DNA from: Polyangiaceae bacterium
Lineage (GTDB): Bacteria > Myxococcota_A > Polyangia > Polyangiales > Polyangiaceae
Assembly (NCBI GenBank): GCA_035063585.1
Contig: JAPSGB010000071.1
Location: 1 to 12,343, forward strand
Length of the DNA stretch: 12,343 bases
Direction: 5' to 3'
The notes beneath the pieces were generated by a model. It was not told the origin of the DNA, did no database searches, and saw only the letters and a program-made list of their open reading frames with translations. Shown in pieces: positions 6,886 to 12,343 of the stretch (position 1 is the stretch's first letter; each line of letters starts with the position of its first letter). The position numbers were made by a program, and so were the translations under genes.

Positions 6886-8363
6886 GTGGCTTCCGGTGGC
6901 TCACCCGCGGGAGCCGGCGCGGGGTCGCTCAGCTTGGTGACCACCGAGTGCATCCACCCGAGCGCCGCGACGCTCGACAGCCCGAGGAACACCCAGCAGG
7001 TGATCCAGAGGCCGGTGCCGCGCAAGAGGTAGCCGAAGATGACCGGCCCGACGAAGCCGCCGAGCCCGCCGATCATCCCGACGATGCCGCCGACGATCCC
7101 GACCTCTTTCGGGAAGTACTGCGGGATGTGGCGGAACACCGCCGCCATCCCGAACCCCATGAGCGCTCCGACCAGGACCACGATCCCGGTGAAGATCCCC
7201 ATGTTCGCCTGGAAGAAGATGTGCGTCACGCCCTTCGCGATCATCTGACGCTTGGTCACCTGGTCGCCGAGCGTGACCACCGGCGTCTGCCAGTGGTTCT
7301 TCTTCGGCCACACCACCACGTCGACGTGCTGAACCGGGCTCTCCGGCTCGCGCGCGAGGGCGTAGCTCTTGCCCGACACGACCACGCGGCTCGGCGTCAC
7401 CTCCTCGACCACCCCCGCGGCGTCCGAGAACACCGCCTCGCCGGGCACGAGCACGTCCATCCGCGGCACCGAGAGGAGCGCGAAGCCGAGCACGCAGCCC
7501 GAGAGCACGAAGTAGAGCACCCGTCGCGCGCCGACACGATCGGAGAGCCACCCGCCCAGGATCCGCGTGAGGTTCGGCGGCAGCGAGAAGAGCGCCGCGA
7601 GCGAGCCCGCCACCACCAGCGGGACGGCGTAGAGGTTCAGGTAGTACGGGATGAGCCACTGCGAGAGCGCCACGAACCCGCCGAACACCACGAAATAGTA
7701 GAACCCGAAGCGCCACACGCGCGCGACGCGGAGCGGCGCCAGCCGCTCGCCGAGGCGCTTCGGAGGCCCCGACTGCTCCGCCATCCGCCGCTCGCTGAGG
7801 AGCCAGAAGATGAGCGCCATCACGACCAGCGCCGCCGCGTAAATCCGCGGCAGGTTGCGCCAGCCCTCGGGATTCGCGCCGCCCTCGGTGAGCCGGGTGA
7901 GCAGCCGCGGCGCGAAGAAGCTGGTGGCCGCGGCGCCCGCGTTGCCCGCGCCGAAGATCCCGAGCGCGGTGCCTTGCCGCTCGGGCGGAAACCACACCGA
8001 GGTGTACGCGACCCCGACCGCGAACGCGGTCCCGGCGAGGCCGAACACCAGGCTCGCGAGCAGGAGCGAGCCGAACCCCGAGGCCATGCTCGCCAAGAGG
8101 GCGCCTCCGGCCGCGACCAGCATCACCACGATGAACATCGCCCGCCCGCCGAAGCGATCGGTCAGCACTCCGACGGGCAGCCGAAGCAGAGAGCCGGTGA
8201 GCACCGGCACGCCGATGAGCCAGCCCATCTGCTCGCGATCGAGCGGCAGGATGCGCTGCTCGGCGAGGAAGGTCACCAGCACACCGCCCATCATCCAGAC
8301 CGCGAAGCAGGTCGCGAACGACAGCGTGTTGACCGCGAGGATCCGGTTCGGCTTCGAGAGCAT
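6882..8363 (-). CDS. narK: NarK/NasA-type nitrate/nitrite porter (MFS, NNP family), 493 aa
   Basis: Both conserved Arg motifs ('GSLLRLPVGVLTDRFGGR', 'TRILGGWLSDRVG') and nitrate signatures ('QGTALGIFGAGNAG', 'GIVGGIVGMIGGLGGF'); 'YFVVFGGFVA'. Start taken at ATG 8363 (MLSKPNR). Confidence 0.88.
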   Translation of the reverse strand: MLSKPNRILAVNTLSFATCFAVWMMGGVLVTFLAEQRILPLDREQMGWLIGVPVLTGSLLRLPVGVLTDRFGGRAMFIVVMLVAAGGALLASMASGFGSLLLASLVFGLAGTAFAVGVAYTSVWFPPERQGTALGIFGAGNAGAAATSFFAPRLLTRLTEGGANPEGWRNLPRIYAAALVVMALIFWLLSERRMAEQSGPPKRLGERLAPLRVARVWRFGFYYFVVFGGFVALSQWLIPYYLNLYAVPLVVAGSLAALFSLPPNLTRILGGWLSDRVGARRVLYFVLSGCVLGFALLSVPRMDVLVPGEAVFSDAAGVVEEVTPSRVVVSGKSYALAREPESPVQHVDVVVWPKKNHWQTPVVTLGDQVTKRQMIAKGVTHIFFQANMGIFTGIVVLVGALMGFGMAAVFRHIPQYFPKEVGIVGGIVGMIGGLGGFVGPVIFGYLLRGTGLWITCWVFLGLSSVAALGWMHSVVTKLSDPAPAPAGEPPEAT

Positions 8364-8444
8364 CGGGGTAGCGCGACGCGTACGGGCCCAGCAGCGACCG
8401 CTCCGCACTCGGCAGAGCGGACGCCCCGCGAATAGAGCTTGCGC

Positions 8445-8461
8445 CTTACACCGCGCTTACA
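8445..8461 (-). promoter_or_regulatory. Direct-repeat operator candidate upstream of narK
   Basis: TGTAAG-N5-TGTAAG on the minus strand (CTTACA at 8445 and 8456), 11-bp period, ~80 bp upstream of the start. Confidence 0.45.
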
Positions 8462-8648
8462 GCTCGTGAACGCGCCGACCGAACTCGACGCCGCCGCTCG
8501 CGGCCGCAAAACCTTCGCGCAGAGCGCACCTCGCAGCGCGAGGCGAAGCTGACGTGGCGCGCAAATTCCGCGTGCCGGCAGGGGTGGCGGTCCGGCGCGG
8601 CCGGCGTCGCGGACGCCGCGCGCGTCGGGGGCGCGACCCACACGCGGG

Positions 8649-9242
8649 TCAGCTCCGCGGTCGCCAGCGCAGCAGCAGATCCACGTCCGCGAGCGAATGG
8701 ACGCGCACCAGCACCTCGCCGATGACGCCGAGCGTGTCGAGCGCTCCCTCGTGGACGCCGACGTTGTACGCCTCGGGGAAGCCCCACACGCCGCGCAGCT
8801 CGAGGATGGCCGAGCGGGCGTCGACCTCGACCACGCGGGCCGAGCCCGTGTTGCCGATGAGCGCGTAGGACTTCGGGGCGAGCTTCAGCGCCGCGAGCGG
8901 CTCGTTGCTCGCGACGCTCATCACCACGCGCCCGAGCGTCGAGGCGGTGAAGGTCGGGTACGCGAGCCGCCCGAGCCGCCGCATCCCATCGCGGACCGGC
9001 ACGCCGGGGTAGGCGCGCTCGGCCGCGACCGGCAAGAGCTCGAGCATCTCGCGGAGCGGGTAGCTCGAGAACGCGAGGTAACGCTCACGGCCCGGCCGCG
9101 CTCCGCCGCGCCCCTCGACCAGCTTCGCGATCGAGGAGAGGAACATCCCCTTCACCGTCGCGCCGCTCGGCAGCTTCGCGATGCGCGCCTCGAGCTCGAG
9201 CGGCGCGCGGATGTTCGGCTCGGCGAACCCGTCCAGGTTCAT
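8649..9242 (-). CDS. DUF2378 / TIGR02265-like Myxococcales protein
   Basis: 197 aa with 'TVKGMFL', 'YLAFSSYPLRE', 'RRLGRLAYPTFTASTLGRV' and 'YNVGVHEGAL', as recalled for this family. Confidence 0.78.
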   Translation of the reverse strand: MNLDGFAEPNIRAPLELEARIAKLPSGATVKGMFLSSIAKLVEGRGGARPGRERYLAFSSYPLREMLELLPVAAERAYPGVPVRDGMRRLGRLAYPTFTASTLGRVVMSVASNEPLAALKLAPKSYALIGNTGSARVVEVDARSAILELRGVWGFPEAYNVGVHEGALDTLGVIGEVLVRVHSLADVDLLLRWRPRS

Positions 9243-9378
9243 GACGGGCCGAGGATATCCGAAACCGCCGGCGAACCGCGATCGAGAAGCGCGCCGCGCC
9301 GCCGGCCGCGCCGGGCCAGCCCCCCCGCCTGGGGCGGGGTGCCGCGCCGTCGCGAGAGCGGGCAGGCCGGCCGCGGCG

Positions 9379-10875
9379 TCACGCGGTGCGCTGAGCGCGC
9401 CCGCGAAGGGCGAGCTGCTCGGCGGCGCGCCACACCACGGTCATGATGCTGTGCTGCGGGTTCACCCCGAGGTTGGTTGGGAACACGCTCGCGTCCATCA
9501 CGAAGAGCCCGGGCAGCGCGTGCGCCTCGAGGTTCGGCCCCACCACCCCTCGGCTCGGATCGGCGTGCGCGCAGGCGGTGCCGAAGAGGTGCGAGGCGAG
9601 CAGGTGCAGATCCGCGCGGCGGAGCTCCGCGCGCTCGATGAGCTCGACCTGGTCCGCCCGGGTGAGCACCTCGGGCAGCCGCGCGACCCCCGGGTACACC
9701 TCGGTCGCGCCGGCCGCGAACATCATCCGCGCGATGAGCGCGATGGCGCGCTGCACGATCCGGAGATCGTCCGCGGACGGCTCGTAGCGCACGACCGGCT
9801 TGCCGCCCCAGCCGACGCTCACGCGCCCGTGGGCACGCATCCGCGTCTCGGCGACCCATTGCCCGAAGTGGTCGAGTGCGGCGAGCCGCTCCTGCCACTC
9901 GGGGCCCGCGCCGGGCAGCCGCGCCGCCAGCATCTCGGGCGGGAGCGCGAGGCTCTCGAGCTTGAAGCCGTCGGCGCGCATCGGCACCTCGTAGCCCTGG
10001 GCGGCGCCAAAACTCATGTCGATGACGTCCGCGAACCGGCCGACCACCGCCGCGCCGGGGTGCGCCTGGAAGCGCTCGCCCACCAGCCCACGGAGCCCGC
10101 TGCGGAGCAGGATGACCGGCGTGTGGATCGCGCCCGCCGCCACCACGACGCCGCGCCGCGCGCGGAAGTCGAAGCGCCCCGCGACGCGTCCCTCGCGGTC
10201 GAGCCGGTCGCCCACCACGCCGGTGGCCCGTCCGGCCTCACTCGTCACGCGCTCCACGCGCGCGTCGGCGTGGAGCCGCGCGCCGTCGCGGAGCGCGCGC
10301 GGCACGTATGACACATCCATGCTCTGGTGCGCGTCGCCGGGACAACCCTGAAAGGTCCGATCATGCCCAGTACAGCGGCGCGCGTTTCGCCTCATCGGCT
10401 GCCCCGGCAGCCCGAGCGCGCGGCACGCCGCTTCCATCTTGAGCGAGTTTCCGCCGAGCACCTCTCGCCGCGTCTCGGCGACCTCGAGCTCGTCCTCGAT
10501 GATGCCGTAGATCCGCTCTTGCTCGTCCGCGCGCACGAGCTCGCCGAGCCCGAAGCGCTCCGTCCAGTCGGCTCGCACGTCGTCCGGCATGCGCCACACG
10601 ATCCCCGAGTTGATGGCGGTGCTCCCGCCGACCAGCCGCCCTTGGAGGAGCGGCATCGGGGTCGCGCTCACGGTCGTCTGCGTGCCCATGTCGCGCAGAG
10701 CGACGCTCATGTCGTCGAGAAATGCCGGGGCCCGCTCCTCACGCGCGAGCCGCGGCCCCTCCTCCACCATGATGACCGAGTGCCCCGCGGCCGCGAGCAC
10801 CCGCGCCGCGGTCGCGCCGCCCGCGCCCGTCCCCACCACGACGAAGTCCGCGCTGTCGGTGAGCGCGGCGGTCAC
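9379..10875 (-). CDS. GMC-family FAD oxidoreductase
   Basis: 'VVVGTGAGG' FAD motif, 'GRLVGGSTAINSG', 'VVVAAGAIHTPVIL', catalytic His 'ASHLFGT', 'VMDASVFPTNLGVNPQ'. GTG start overlaps the upstream stop (GTGA, 10872-10875). Confidence 0.93.
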   Translation of the reverse strand: MTAALTDSADFVVVGTGAGGATAARVLAAAGHSVIMVEEGPRLAREERAPAFLDDMSVALRDMGTQTTVSATPMPLLQGRLVGGSTAINSGIVWRMPDDVRADWTERFGLGELVRADEQERIYGIIEDELEVAETRREVLGGNSLKMEAACRALGLPGQPMRRNARRCTGHDRTFQGCPGDAHQSMDVSYVPRALRDGARLHADARVERVTSEAGRATGVVGDRLDREGRVAGRFDFRARRGVVVAAGAIHTPVILLRSGLRGLVGERFQAHPGAAVVGRFADVIDMSFGAAQGYEVPMRADGFKLESLALPPEMLAARLPGAGPEWQERLAALDHFGQWVAETRMRAHGRVSVGWGGKPVVRYEPSADDLRIVQRAIALIARMMFAAGATEVYPGVARLPEVLTRADQVELIERAELRRADLHLLASHLFGTACAHADPSRGVVGPNLEAHALPGLFVMDASVFPTNLGVNPQHSIMTVVWRAAEQLALRGRAQRTA

Positions 10876-11291
10876 GACGCCCTCCCCTCGGCCGCACCGG
10901 GCGCCGGCTCACCGGGGGCGTGCGCGGGGAGCCCGCGTCGCGGCGCGTGACCGCGGAAGAGCGCCATGCACGCGCTCATCTTGAGCACCAGCGTGAGCTC
11001 GCGCACGACGTAGCTCCGATGCCCGAGCAACCGCGCGAGCAGCTCCGCGCGCCGCTCGCGCGCGAGGCCGCCGAAGGTCCGCAGCTTACCGAGTAGCCAG
11101 ATGGGCGCGAGCGCCGCGATCCAGAGCGCGACGCGCAGCCCGAGCGCCGCGGTGCGCGTCGAGGCGCGCATCATCCGGCGAAACGCCGCGAGGTAGTCCA
11201 CCTCGCCGTCGCGCGGCGAAAATCCCGGGCCGCCCGCGGGAGCGAACTCCCGGAGCACGGCGACCGCCCAGCGTTCTTCGAAGGCTAACAT
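10872..11291 (-). CDS. Hypothetical 139-aa protein, probable accessory subunit of the GMC oxidoreductase
   Basis: Overlaps both neighbours (7 bp with the regulator, 4 bp with the GMC gene). Helical 'FGGLARERRAELLARL...LTLVLK' is reminiscent of small partners of GMC enzymes (inference). Confidence 0.7.
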   Translation of the reverse strand: MLAFEERWAVAVLREFAPAGGPGFSPRDGEVDYLAAFRRMMRASTRTAALGLRVALWIAALAPIWLLGKLRTFGGLARERRAELLARLLGHRSYVVRELTLVLKMSACMALFRGHAPRRGLPAHAPGEPAPGAAEGRAS

Positions 11292-12028
11292 GGCTCGGAT
11301 CCTTTCTCTTCTGCGAGCTCGCGGATGCGCGCGAGGGTGGCGCGATCGAGGTGCTTCAGGATGCGGCCGCTCACCCGCGCCGCCCGGCGCGGCTCGCGCG
11401 CGCGCACGAGCTCGAGGAGCCGCGCGTAGACCGCCAGCGTCTGCCCGACGTTCGACTGGAACGCGAGGTGCATCGCCGGCTCCGCCGCCACCAGCCGCGC
11501 CACCGTGTTATAGAGCAGCTCGAGCGCGAGGTTGTGCGCCGCGCGCACCACCTTGCGCGCGAAGGCGAGGTCCGCGCGCATGAACGCCTCGGGATCGCCC
11601 GCGAGGGTGCGCTGCCAAGCGAGGTGGTCGGCGAGCTCGGCGAGCTCCCCGTCGCTCGCGCGCTCGCACACGAGCGCGAGCACCTCGCTCGCGACCAGGC
11701 GCCGGAGCTCCATGAGCTCGGCGAGCAGCCCGAGCGGCACCGCGCCGCTCGCGAGCGACTCGGCCGCGAGGTAGCCGATGAGCTCGACCCCGCCCGACTC
11801 GCGATAATCGAGCACGCGCGTCCCCGAGCCGTGCACCGACTCGACGAGCCCCTCCGTCTCGAGCCGCGCGATGGCCGAGCGCAGGGTGAGCCGGCTCACC
11901 CCGAGCGTCTCGGCGAGCCCGCGCTCCCCGGGCAGGTCGCTCCCCGCGGCCAGGGCGCCGCCGAGGATCTCGGCCCGCAGGCGATCGGTAGTGGTCTCGG
12001 CGGCGGTCTTCTTGTTGAGGGTCGGCAT
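11285..12028 (-). CDS. GntR-family, FadR-subfamily transcriptional regulator (247 aa)
   Basis: Winged HTH 'LPGERGLAETLGVSRLTLRSAIARLETEGLVESVHGSGTRV' plus FCD-like C-terminus ('ELMELRR', 'ADLAF', 'AAHNLAL'). Start set at ATG 12028. Confidence 0.92.
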   Translation of the reverse strand: MPTLNKKTAAETTTDRLRAEILGGALAAGSDLPGERGLAETLGVSRLTLRSAIARLETEGLVESVHGSGTRVLDYRESGGVELIGYLAAESLASGAVPLGLLAELMELRRLVASEVLALVCERASDGELAELADHLAWQRTLAGDPEAFMRADLAFARKVVRAAHNLALELLYNTVARLVAAEPAMHLAFQSNVGQTLAVYARLLELVRAREPRRAARVSGRILKHLDRATLARIRELAEEKGSEPC

Positions 12029-12069
12029 CGCGCGCTCGGTCGAGTCGGCCGCGGCGCTTCGGCCGAGGC

Positions 12070-12105
12070 ACTGGTATTTCCAGTTGCAAGTACTGGTAAT
12101 ACCAG
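12070..12105. promoter_or_regulatory. Two FadR-type palindromic operators
   Basis: ACTGGTATTTCCAGT (12070-12084) and CTGGTAATACCAG (12093-12105; TGGT-N3-ACCA), 22 bp apart and 42-77 bp upstream of the regulator start. Confidence 0.8.
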
Positions 12106-12136
12106 AGCGCGCACCATGCAAACACAATTACGCACT

Positions 12137-12160
12137 ATGATTCTAACTATATAGAATCAT
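12137..12160. promoter_or_regulatory. AT-rich perfect 9-6-9 inverted repeat
   Basis: ATGATTCTA-ACTATA-TAGAATCAT. Confidence 0.55.
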
Positions 12161-12177
12161 TGCGATTTATTTTCAGC

Positions 12178-12343
12178 TCGGCGCGGAACCTCGCGTTCGC
12201 ACCCGGCGCTCCCCGGCGCGGCGACGGCGGAGCGCGCTGCGGCGCGCTCCGCGCGCGACAGCGCCGCGCGCCGCGCCCGGCACGCCCGAACCCGCGCTCC
12301 TCGCCCCCCAGACGCGTCGTCGGCGCGGAACCGTGAGGTTCCG
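12178..12343 (+). repeat. REP-like motif copies at the right edge
   Basis: TCGGCGCGGAACC at 12178-12190 and 12320-12332 (also 2753-2765); hairpin CGGAACC-GTGA-GGTTCCG at 12326-12343, cut by the window end. Confidence 0.55.

Noticed and set aside
8561..8578. Possible sigma-54 promoter for narK (GGCACGCGGAATTTGC, minus strand)
   Set aside because: GG-to-GC spacing is 12 nt rather than the required 10.
9209..9225. GGATGTTCGGCTCGGCG resembling the REP-like motif
   Set aside because: It lies inside the DUF2378-like CDS and needs an indel plus a mismatch, so it is probably chance.
9294..9313. 20/20 match to 152-171 (CCGCGCCGCCGGCCGCGCCG)
   Set aside because: Pure G/C low-complexity sequence; not significant without genome-wide statistics.
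12029..12127. Longer start for the GntR regulator (12127), and similarly 8408 for narK
   Set aside because: The extensions run through operator/promoter DNA and precede the natural domain starts.
3501..12154. Long plus-strand and alternate-frame ORFs (e.g. 4729-6084, 6948-8435, 9181-10311, 11351-12154)
   Set aside because: They are shadow ORFs of well-supported minus-strand genes, expected at this GC content.

Overview
Very GC-rich bacterial window, most consistent with Myxococcota/Polyangiales (inferred from a DUF2378/TIGR02265-like gene and a lipoprotein with a D-S-G-A linker). The left 3.2 kb holds a stand-alone HUH/Y1 nuclease of the REP-associated tyrosine transposase (RAYT/TnpA-REP) type with a C-terminal HTH, followed by a pectin-acetylesterase-family lipoprotein. 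Both genes sit among repeat-rich intergenic blocks sharing a ~16-nt motif (GGATGTCGGTTCGGCG) found in both orientations, a candidate REP/REPIN family. The rest is a run of minus-strand genes: a FadR/GntR regulator, a small hypothetical protein and a GMC oxidoreductase (coupled operon with two FadR-type operators); a DUF2378-like gene; a NarK-type transporter with an ~85-aa soluble insertion, coupled to a TDT/SLAC1 channel; and split F0 synthase genes cofG and cofH. All calls come from reading motifs by eye; no database searches were run.
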